This document shows, piece after piece, positions 22,494 through 34,166 of a stretch of DNA of 64,000 nucleotides (position 1 is its first letter; each line of letters begins with the position of its first letter). The position numbers were made by a program, and so were the translations under genes. This DNA comes from Ramazzottius varieornatus (Eukaryota; Animalia; Tardigrada): the NCBI GenBank assembly GCA_001949185.1, contig BDGG01000021.1, positions 24,817 to 88,816 on the forward strand, given 5' to 3'. The notes under the pieces were generated by a model. It did no database searches. It saw only the letters and a program-made list of their open reading frames with translations, and was not told the origin of the DNA.

Positions 22494-25400
22494 ATGACCA
22501 GCGTTCTCCGGCCATTGTTACGGATAAAAGCCGGTCTCAAGTTATGTCGATCGCGTTCTGTCTTTGAACATTCATTCGTTTTGCCCAGGCAGCTTACAGG
22601 AACTTCGTCGATGGCAATGGCGCAGCAGAAATCCATCATGCATGTATCCCTCTTTCCTGAAGGTTAAGATACACGGTAACATGGTGGTTTATTTGCAGGA
22701 ACTACTTCAAGGCTTCACCAAAGAAGGATGGAGCAGCCAAAGCTTCAACTGCTGCTTCGACGGCAACGCCAGCAGAAGCAGGAACGAGCGTGGCAGATGA
22801 TCTTAGCGAGAAAGATTTTGATCCCAGCTCTGACTCCTATCATCCCATCAACGATGCAATCTGGAGAAAAGGGGAGAAGTACGTCTGGTTACGCTCTTAA
22901 CCTGCATTGAACACACGTGGACGTTGTCGGTTTTTCAGGACACCGTATCTGGCGCTGGCAAAGACGTTTGAGAAGATTTCAGCTGAATCAAAACGGTAAT
23001 TGTCCAGCATTTCAAACTGGCGCAGATATGATGCGCATGCCCAGTTGTTGTGCGCCATCTGATTCGATTTGTAACGTATGTCAGCGTGACGCAGTGGCCA
23101 TGGGTTTTCCGGGATATTATGCGCCAGTTGATCAAAGCAGTTTGTGGGATTTTTTAAACTGACCGCGTATGGTTTTTCCAGGCTGGAAATCATCAAAACG
23201 ATGACCAACTTTTTCCGTTCTGTGATGCTCCTGAGCCCAGAGGATCTCCCGAAGTGTCTGTACCTTAGCTTAAACAAGGTGGCACCTGCTTGGGAAGGTA
23301 TCGAGTTGGGCGTAGGAGATCGCATAGTCACAAAATCTATCGTGGCAGCCACAGGTTGGTTTTCTTCATGCGAAAACGGGCTTTCAGTGCTCTTCACCAT
23401 TGAATATTTCAGACTTCCTCAGAGAACTCTTCGATGATGTTTGTAGGCTTCACCGAGAAGAAACTGGCGGAGATGAAAACGAGGCTGGGCGATACAGGCG
23501 CTGTCGCTGCAGTGAGTAGACTTTTCGTCTTTCGCCATGCAAGCAGTTTCGCAAGTCGTGCACACTTTCAGCCACTTACAATGTAAACGTGCGCCACTCG
23601 GATGGAGAATCACTGGAAGTTTATTTGCGAGCTCTCACATTTCAACGTTAAACCGTTGCGTTGTTCGAGCAGGAATGTCGAAGCAAGCAGAGGACGCTGG
23701 TAGCTCCCAAGAAGCTGTCGGTGGAGAAGGTCTTCCAGAAGTTCATCGATATCAGCAAGACATCGTCGAAAGGGGTTCGTAATATTATCTCTTTGATTAC
23801 CCCTGTGCCGTTCTCCTTCCAGTCAAGCGACCTTGTTTCTTCCGCAGTCCGAAGCCAAGAAGATCGAGATTATCAAAGGTCTTCTGGCCGACAGTCAGCC
23901 GGTGGAAGCGCGGTTCATCGTGCGAGCGTTGAAAGGCAACATGCGGATGGGGCTGGCCGAGACGTCGGCCTTGATCGCTCTGGCCAACGCCGCCATTCTT
24001 TCTCCTCCAGGCCACCGTAAGCAACCTCCTTGAAGTATTGATATTGCTGTGTCAAGGGAAAGTGGTCAATATATTGCGTGTGTTCTTTCTCTCGCAGAGG
24101 GAAAGCATCGTGTGACGAAGACAGCAGACTCTAGAGCTGAAGAATTCATACAGGCCGTCAACATTATGAAGCGTGGATACAAGTAAGTTGCTTCGACATT
24201 TAGAGTTGCTTTTTGATCAGTATCGAGGTACGAGGCTCTCCTAACGGCGATAGTTGACAACTGGTAGTGAGCATCCGAACTACGATACAATAGCCTCAGC
24301 TTTGGCCAAAGGCGGCCTGCCCGAAGTGGAAAGGCGATGCAAGATCAAACCTGGTAAGTCTACTCGGTTTCCGCGTCTGGTTTTGAGTAGAGAGTAATCG
24401 ACATTGTGACTCTTTCGAAGGTATTCCTGTCAAGCCGATGTTGGCTCATCCTTCCAAGGGTATCGAAGCGCTGCTGGAGCGCTTGGGCGATCTAGCCTTC
24501 GTTTCGGAATATAAGTACGACGGCGAACGCGCTCAGGTAAATAAATGGGAAGCTCGGCAGACACACTAGACAGGATCGTTCTGCCAAGTGGCGCACGCCT
24601 CCAGCCACTTACGCTGGAAATGTGCGCCGCTTGCAAAGACAAAGAAACTGGACAAGATGGTGTTTTTCAAGTGGCGCACTTCTCCAGCCATTGACACGGG
24701 AGATGTGAGCCACTTGCGTGGTTTAGTTGGGTGGTTGATCAGTGCGCGTTGTTGAGTCTGCAGGTCCACAGGGATGATAAGGGGAAGATCACAGTGTTTA
24801 GCCGCAATCAAGAGGACCACACGAGCAAGTTTCCGGAAGTGGTCAAACGCCTGCCCAAGCATGCCAACGAAGGCATCACCTCTTTCATCCTCGACACGGA
24901 AGTCGTCGCTTTCGATGTCATCAACAAGACCATCTTGCCCTTCCAAGTTCTTACCACAAGAAAACGAAAGGTCCTTTCCCCTGTTAGAAGTTCCAGCCAA
25001 AATCTTTATAATATGTGGAATTTCCATGATGAACTTTTGTTTATAGAATGTCGAAGAAGGCGATGTGAAGATTCAAGTATGCCTGTACGCTTTCGATATC
25101 ATCTACCTTAATGGGGAATCGCTCATCTCCATGACGTTACGCAACCGACGGTAAGACCTCTTCCAGGAAGCGATTTTCGTCAAAGTCTGTTGTTGAAGTC
25201 AAGTTGCTCTGCAGGGAACTTTTGCACGAGCACTTTTCGACGACAGAAAGAGAGTTCATGTTCGCCACGCACGAAGAATCGAACGATCCTGAGAAAATTC
25301 AAGAATTTATGAACAAAGCTATTGAAGGTAAGGCATTCTTCTGTGAGCTTTAGTTGCGGTGTACAGTATATTTTCTGAAATAATTCTCTATTTTTTGGCA

Positions 25401-26583
25401 GATAAGTGCGAAGGCCTGATGGTGAAGGCGCTGGATCGAGCGTACGAGATTGATAAACGCTCGAACAACTGGCTGAAGGTAAGAGCGTATTTTTGCCTGC
25501 TGGCTGTATTGTATGGGAATTAGCTCAACGGCGAGCTTGTGGTTGTAGTTGAAGAAGGATTACCTGGACACGGTGGGTGACTCGTTGGACGTCGCCATTA
25601 TCGGCTGCTACAAGGGTTCGGGCAAACGTGTCGGAACCTTTGGCTCCTACTTGTGTGCCGTCTACGACAAAGACAAGGAAGAATTCCAGTCACTTTGCAA
25701 GGTTAAAGAAGTGACACGAAATAGCCAGAGGACAAAAGATGATCAGTACAACAGAATTCACGCAGATTGTTTTCCCAAGTGCGCATACTTCCCGCTCATG
25801 ACAACGCAAACTCGCGCCACCTGGAAAGACAAATAGTCAAACTCGACAAGATCGTCGGTCGAAGTCGATTAGTGACAATGCAAACATGCGCTACTTGGGA
25901 AAATGATTTGTGTTGAATAATCTGCCGACGTCCTAAACATCACATCAGATCGAGACGAAATATCCAACAAATAATCATGGTGAGGTTGGAAGGCAAAGTA
26001 TTGATATCAATTTTCTAGTTAGCGACGGGATTTTCCGACGAGCAGCTGGAGACCTTCACAGCCGAATGTAAGGAGCTGATCATTCCCAAGCCGCTGAACA
26101 ACTATCGCTGTAACCTTGTACCCGACTACTGGCTAACACCCAAGCTAGTGTGGGAAATTAAGGGCGCCGATCTGTCCATCTCGCCGGTACACACTGCCGG
26201 TATCGGAAAGGTGAGAAGACGCCGAGAATTTTCAAGATCTCCTCCTCTATTGCAGCGTGTTCCTGCAAATCATTTTTCTCCTGGTTTTTTTTCTGACTGC
26301 TGACTATGATATTTCTCTTGCAGCAAGATCCAGCCAAAGGGATATCGCTACGCTTTCCTCGTCTGATGCATGTCAGGACAGACAAGAATCCAGAAGACGC
26401 CAACACCGGCGAAGACGTGAGTATACCCATGTCGACTCCTGAATGGCAGGTTCTGACGGGCTTCTACTTTCGAGTGACAGAGCTTTGAATGTACTGTTAC
26501 AGGTCGTACGGATGTACCGAGCCCAAGCCGCCGTCCAAGGAAACAAGAAGCCTTTCAACGACGACGAAGATGACGACTACTGA
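22494..26583 (+). CDS. LIG1: DNA ligase I (ATP-dependent), multi-exon; alternative downstream starts at 22611/22617
   Basis: PIP box QKSIMNYF; [14 protein letters not shown]; [27 protein letters not shown]; [12 protein letters not shown]; active site [10 protein letters not shown] (about 24507-24536); FILDTEVVA; CEGLMVK; RSNNWLKLKKDYLD; ISLRFPR; stop 26581-26583. The 22494 start is inferred. Confidence 0.96.
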
Positions 26584-27093
26584 AAGCAGCTTCCTTAACT
26601 GTAAGAAAAGCTGTTCGTTGGTGTCTCGCTTGGATATTTTCTCCTCCCTTGGAAAGTATCAATAGTTTCAAGTTTGACCCGCCAACAAAAATTTTTTTGA
26701 GGCACATAGGAAGGTTCTTCATAAGACTACAGGTTTTATCGTAACCGAGCCGCGCAACCGGCAAATTTTTGTTTCTTCACAGAAAGAGTATTATTATGTT
26801 TAATAGCAGTGTAAAAAATACTACTGGGCGTGAAAACGAAACTGAAAATTTCGCGAAAGCGCAAAATATATTTATCAGAAGCGATACACAGCTTGGAAAA
26901 GAAGCAAACTGGAGAACATCGTTTTACCATGTGGTGCACCTTTTCAGTGTTATCGGCTGACGGAATGCGCCACTGGGAGAGACGATCTTGTCGAGTCTGT
27001 CTGCTTGACCAAGTGGCGCACTCCTGCAATGTTGTTGTCAGCTTTCGTGCGCCGTTTTCAAAAAGGGGTCTTGCAGAGTGTCATATGTTCCAT

Positions 27094-30000
27094 TCAGAGT
27101 GGCGCATCTTGAGGTTCGGCAGCAGTGTTGACCGCTCTGTTGGAGCCCAGGTTGCCACTTCTATAGGTGACCGACAACCTGTCTTTGGTCTTGGGTATCC
27201 TGTCGTGGTTGAAGAGGCTCTTCCGGAGATGAGGGATGGCCACGTGGAAGCACCAGGCCTTCTTGTAGGACTGCTTGAAGTTGTCGCTGATCAGAGCGTA
27301 GAGAACGGGGTTGATGGCGCTGTTGAGGTAGCAGAGACATTGTAGGGAGAGCGCGGTGTAAATGTCCCACCAGACCATCTGCTGGCCACCGTGCTCCGAT
27401 GGCTCGTGGCAAGGATCGTCGTGCAGCAGGTCGGAGGGTAGGCTGCTCGAGTGGGGGCTGCTGCTGCTGCTGTGGCTTAGTCCAATCAAACGAAAGGTAA
27501 TGTTTAGTTGGTAAACCCTGTGGACAGCACCAGAAATTGAACAGCGATTGCAGTTACTGCTTAAATCGGTCGTATGCGTGTTTAATTTTAGCACGGTGTC
27601 TTCTTTTATGCACCAACAAGACTTATGCTGTCCTGTCGTGGAACAATCGAAGGAAAAGCCGGACAGCAGCAGTCCTACATCAGAAGATATAATGCAGCTT
27701 AACTACAGTGTTCGCTGTTGATTATGCACTGGGCCACCTGGCTGAAACTGTAAGAATGATGGAGAAGTTTGTGGAAGTTTTTGCTGCTGAAGAATATCTG
27801 TTCATTTTTGGCGTTGAAGTGTCGCCATGGGATTTTGAATGTTTAAATTTGACCAAGTTGATAGGTTCTTGTTACCAGTAAGGTGTCCAACAGAGGAGGT
27901 AGGCGAGAACGAGGATCATGATCATGAAGGAGACTTTGTGGACCTTGGCTCGTCGGTTCTTGTTGACGGCGCGGGTGGTGGAGAGGTTGGTGGGATGGTG
28001 TTGGCGCGTGCGCAATCGGTGAACGACCAAGCTGTAGAAGAGAACCATGAAGGCCACGGGGAAGGCAAAGCCCAGGACGAAGCAGTAGAGGGCAAAGGCT
28101 TGCGGTCCCTGCACGTGCAGATCCAGCATGTCCGGCCAGAAAATGTTGCACTGTGTCTCCAGACCCTCCGCCGTCTCCACTGTTCGCGTGCCGGCGTACA
28201 TGAAGACGGGACACACTAGACAAAAGGGACAAGAAAGGCTTCGCTCGGTACCCTCCATTAACACAAGTATCGTCGACAGCAATAGACTATACCAACGACT
28301 CCCTCAAGCCAAACGGATGCATTTCCTCGCACGCTTACAAAGCCCACAAACAACGCTTCACTTCACAACATAAACGACAGACAAAACCCCTTCTTGAGAC
28401 TATGGTATCAAAAGTACAGAAAAAGGATTTCTCTTAAACTCTTCGTTTTCACTGTTTCACTTTTGAGTAACTACACTATTGTTCAATTTAGCTGTGTTTT
28501 CTTCAGGAAGATTGAGGGTAAATGAAACTCTTTATGGCGTGTCATGGTCATTTTTCTACAATTTTCACTTGTTGGAGAGTAAATCTTGCTGGCTGTAGTC
28601 GTAGGCAGGAAGTTTAAAGGCTTACTGAACAAGATGGCCAGGGACCAAACCAGGCTACAGACCAGGAAGGCCGCTCGCGGTGTCCGGAAGTCGCGACTGA
28701 TGTAGGGTAAGCTGCAAACAGAGACACAAACCTATCGTTAGCTCTTTGCCGCCCAACCCACCATCCGTTCGATATAAGTCGGTCACAGTGGATCTGGATA
28801 AGCTCGACAAAAGGGGGTCTTTTAAATAGTGGAAAGGTTGTCGGTCTTCAGGGAGTGCCCCTCTGCATTGTTTCGAGGTTGTATTGAACAGTCTCCGAAT
28901 GGGTACCATTATGCTCAAAACACCTTCAGAAAAGATGGAGGCTACAATCAGCATATCGTCTTACCAAATTGCAAAATATCTGCAACAGCAAAAGGAAATA
29001 TTATTGACAGCATCTGTAATGGAGAATCTACAGCTAATACGGTTTAAAGGACGCACCTGTCAGCACTCATTGCAACCAGGAAGAAACTGGATGCAAATTG
29101 ATTGACGGTGGTCATGACGTAATATCTGCAAGGATAAAGCCTCATTGTACAGTACATATATCCCCCCTGAAATGACCAGTACACAATAGAGTTTCCCTTG
29201 AAAACATGTTTTTCATGCAGTTGCTGGCGATGGTGAAGGTGGTGCGTTATTGCGTGCAAGTCAAGGAGAGTGGAGGTCCCTTGTGGCTGGCAGGTACTTA
29301 CATTTTGCAATAGAGCCAGCCGAAGGTCCATTGCTCGACGATGGTAGTGGCAATCAAAAAGGGGATATTAACCAGAAAGCAGACGTCGGCCAGGGCTAGC
29401 GCCAGGATGAAGATATTGGTGACAGTGTGCATCGAGGCGAAGCGACAAATGACGTAAAACTGAAAAGCCCATCTTTGTTATATTCAGTTTACCGTCTTTT
29501 TGCTTTATTGACAACTTTGTCCACGGGTTCCTTGATAGATCGTAGGAAAAATAGGGCGAAAAGGTTGGGTGGTAATAAAAATAGTGCTTGCAGCGATGGT
29601 CAACAACTTCATATTACACACTGAACTGTGGCCGTGTTCATTTAGTGGTAGGCTACTAGGTCCTTGTAAAGATTATGATTAACCTGCGTTCATAAAAGCG
29701 ACTATTTCCAACCCAGAGGTGGGTGGCTCGTAACAACCCAAAAATCGTTCACAAAGTCGAAAAATTATGAGATGAGTCATTTCAACCACGTTTCACCTAA
29801 CCTCGTCGTCAACTACGTCAACTTTGTGAACGCATTAGGGCCAGCGACCAGCGTAGCCAACCAATCCCATTATAAAGTACTACAACTACTAGCCAACAGA
29901 GTCTAGTAGAATTCAACCCAGCTTCCGGCTGCGACATCAAACATTTTGAACATAAATTCTCTTTGTATCGCTGGCTACTCCCTGAAAACTTTCCACTGTC

Positions 30001-30758
30001 AGAATACAGTTTCTGGCTTCGTTTGGTGTGAGGAAAGTGAGAGGCGGACCGTGGATGGAACAGGTACATCTTAACTCATCGTGCAGGGATTAGTTCCCAT
30101 GCTGCTCCACTATGTCGTTCTCGAAAACTGGCTTCTCACCGCTCAGCAGCTCCTGAGACCTTCCCAATGTTTTCATCGCCCGCAGCGGCTTCTCCATGTA
30201 ATGTAAACAGTACAGCTAAGGGAAGTCTTCGAACTTCTACCAAACGCGCCGTGCGAGTTCTCAAATTACGACAGTCAGGGGGTAGTTAACCCAGTTGCCA
30301 ATAATTCATTTTCGAACGGTAGTTGATCAAAATCAAGTAAGTCACTACGTGGTTGCTCATAATTTCGTCTACCACACCAAGTAGCTTTTCTGCGTGTTCA
30401 CAAAGTCTACGTTGTTCTTCATAACGACCACGTCACTCACAACGACCCAGTCGAGAAAATGAACACGGCCTTGGTGTGTCGTTTGTTTCTTGTTAGCGGT
30501 AATTGCTTGTTAATTTGGAGAAAGGCCTTGTGGCCATGATTTGAGGGGTTGGGGCCGGCTCACCACGAGGACGTTGCCTAAGAGGCCGACGCAACAAATG
30601 AGGCCGTTGATGGCGTTGACCAGTTGCATGAAATGGGAAGGAGGCAGCAGCACATGCTGAATATCGCCCATCTCCATGGTATAATTAGGGCCATTAGCAC
30701 AGGCATAAATGAAAGGATGGCCAGTGCTGCTTTCTGCCAAGGAATTTCCATAATCCAT
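27094..30758 (-). CDS. Allatostatin-C / somatostatin-type class A GPCR
   Basis: GLLGNVLV, TVTNIFILALALADVCFLVNIPF, WTFGWLYCK, NQFASSFFLVAMSADR, QCNIFWP, FALYCFVLGFAFPV, CWTPY, YLNSAINPVLYALISDNFKQSY. Confidence 0.88.
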
Positions 30759-33700
30759 TTGTAGCCTGCCTTGGGTCCACAATGGCAAAGATGCGCTGCC
30801 CGGAATGCCAAGCGGGACTTAGCGTGACCGTCGACTCGTCGACGGTCGAGAGGCTGCCGCGGATGTGCTGCCAAGTTCAATGGCGAGTTAATTCGCCATT
30901 TGACAGTGGACAAAATCTAAATTCCCCTCTATTCTTCCCCCTCAATGAATGGACATGTCAGCAAATGGCCAATGCGACCCTGGCAGCTTTCATCATGCTT
31001 GATTACAGCCAACTATCCCTCATGGCAAGCCCCGTGTCGTAACCAGATTGATAATAATCCAGCGTTACGCCAGTCCCAAACACACAGTCCAGACTAACAG
31101 AAGAAAGCTTACAATCAACCGATCGACATCTTTTTTCGTCCGCCAAGAAACGATACAGCAGTTGACACAACCGTCAAGGCAGTCTCCCGTGGAGGAATCT
31201 CCCAGCTTGACTTAACAGGGCTATAACAGGGAGTAAGATAAGCCAATGCGCCAACTGAGCGGATATTGAGCCAAGTTGCACAAACTGTCCAATCTGATCA
31301 GCGGAGATGCGCAGACCTTGAACAATGCTCCGTAAAGTAAAAGTAAAAGTAAAAGAGGGAGGTCGGCAAAAGCGGGAAAAAGTGGGGTCGAGGAGGTTAC
31401 AGAGAAAAAGTCGGCTACATGGAAGAAAAGGATGGGCGGGATGAGTTGGAAGAAGTAGTCAAAAGGCCACCTTGATTAAAGTGCCCTAAAAAGTAATTAC
31501 TCGTGCCACAGGCTGACAGTCAAGGGCCTTCACGGCGTAATGGCTTTTATAACAACGTGTTATTGTCAAACTCCATAATTTGATCAATATCCAACACGTC
31601 AAGGCAGCTCTCGATCTCTCTCCCAAGGCGGCACAACAAGCAACAGATGCAACCGAAAACTTGCTGGGTTTCCCGCAGCAGTTGAGGGGCTTTGCTGCGG
31701 AAAGGAAGCTATTGGGTCGGTCAAACGTGGAAAAGGGATGACTATAGATATTGCCACAGCTGCCATCGGCTGTACTGGGGCTTCTTTGCCGGATGAGTGA
31801 GGTTGGCGAAATAAGGCGGCCTGTGGATGAAGGAACCCTTCGGCAGCCGGCAGGGCAGGATAAGGCGCTTATAGAGTGGAAGCAGTACGTATGCCCATGC
31901 GAGGTGGTCGACTGTGTGGACTAGCTGTCTCGTACATGTGCCTCCATGGCAAGATGGCATAAACATCCTGCAGGGTCGCTTCCAGCGCCTGACAGGCTTT
32001 TTTCTTCTCACGCTTCAGTAACCTTAGCCTATCTTACCCTATACAGACAGAGGATCCTGCATAGCTACCGTACGCCGTATGCCGTTTGGCCTGTCCACCT
32101 CAAGCTGAGAGCTGATGGATAGCGGAAGGGCAACACAGCTTGACACACTCAATGCCATCTTCTCCTTTCCCATCTTTCTGATAAGCCCACAGACAAGTTC
32201 TTTATGGGCACGATTGGGGCCTGATCTCGTCATTACGCCAACGCCAGAAGATTAACCCCTGATGTAACGAAATATAGATCAAGAGGCTTGGCGGCATTTT
32301 GCACCATCGAGTGCATGACACGCCAAAGATATCTTTCCCTGGAATGTTGTTGCCTTTAAACAGAGCCTATACTGTATAGGAAATGGTAACGCGGGAGAGG
32401 GCGGACCATTTTTCACGTTGATGAATAATGGAAAGAGGGTAATGGTCGTCCATGGAAGTTGCCATAACTGCTTTGTGCAATCGGCGTTAATGAGCTTTGC
32501 TTGACTTTTTAACGAGGAGATGGGTACTAAAAGCCAGCTCAAAGTTGGTCGGCTTGGGGGTAATTGGTAATATTAGACGTGCTTGTGCCTGGTCCTTGAA
32601 CATGACACCAAACATTTCCGGCCAGAACAAATGGATCTTTTTGACTGCACAGTAATGAGAAAGCCACGCGCAACCATGCCGGAAAGTGATCTCCTAGGCG
32701 TCAACGAACAAAGATCGTTTGTCACCATTTCTTCAACTGGCGTCTACTCCTGCAAGCAAAATCCCAAGAAATGACCATTCTTTCCTCGCCAATATTGCGT
32801 AGAATGGCGTCAACTTATAAGGCCCAACTTTCGATCATTTCGACGTCGTCAGATGATTTCATCCAGAACGCCTTCCCCTCTGGCGCAGGTCATCATTGTT
32901 CTCAAGGCACAGAGTGCGTCACTTGGGCAAAGGTTCTTGTCGAGTTGTTGTTTATCTGCGCGAGTGGCGCACGTTCTTGGTGTACTGTATATGGGCTGGA
33001 AGTGCACGCCACTTGGCGAAACGGTCTTGTCCAATTCACTTGTCGAAATCTCCATTTTGGTAGGGTGCTTTGGTAGAGAAAGTTGACGGAGGAGCTTGAT
33101 ACTACGACACGGCCTTCAATGATGTCATCGCTGTTCGATCATATGGGTATTTTTACTGTTCAGGCGCCTGGCCTAATTATCGGCCTGGACAAAATTTCCG
33201 GCCACTGGTTGAAAGCGACAGCCGCCAGTAAAATGACCCATCAATCGAAGCATTACCGCTTTGGGCCGGTGGGCGGGAATTTGGTCCAGAGGGGTAGGCG
33301 CGTGCAGCCTCAAGGAAGCCTTGACCGTCACGTCAGAGCTCAGACCTGTTGGACATGGCAGCACAAGTGTCGCGGCCTTTCCTTCGATGGCGTAAATCTA
33401 AACAGCTTACATTGGGCAAACATGACAATAACGCTCAAGCTGACATCTGCAGCGCCTGGGCCAAGTGGCGCAGCAGGCTAGATATGAGAAAATACATTAC
33501 CATAATCGCTTTCACGGGCACACTTCATCAAAGTCAACAGATCCCACAGGCAAAGCCGCAACTGTTAACCCTCTTTTGTCAAGCCTCTCTGTCTCTCTTT
33601 GATAATGCAGGCAGGCACTATTGATCAAACAATAACAGCAGCAACGCTTCATCGGGCCAGAGTGAGAGAAAGACGCGTCAAGAAATTGAGAAAATGATTA

Positions 33701-34166
33701 CGCAGTTGGGCATCTCTTTCTACAGGTACCGTCTTCACAGCTGATCAAGAGTCTTCAGTCATCCTTTTTTTAACCCTCTACATTGTCGTCTGTTGTCTTC
33801 CAGAAAGCTCCTCTTTGTTGGTATTGTCTAGTGAGGGACAACTAGCTGGTCCGTGGCAACTTCCAGCTTGCGGCACGCTGTTACGGATCTTTGGAGCGGC
33901 ATCCTCTTCCAGCTCTACCCAAGGACTCTTAACCGGATATACGGACTTTACATAAGATACCCCGGGTGTCATGGCCAGCTCCAGATGGAATGTTGATACG
34001 TTGCGCTGTTCTTTGCCATTACTGATTTTATTTATTGGCCAACCCGGAAGTTTTGGGGAAGCGGCAAAGTTATCAAACAGCAAACTGAGTAGGCCTATAA
34101 TCATATGAAGAAGAAGTGAGGAAAAAAAGTGAGGGTGTGATGGTTGAGCATGTTGGTGTATTGTAG

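Noticed and set aside
31331-31355. (GTAAAA)n run
   Set aside because: Short simple repeat with no further structure.
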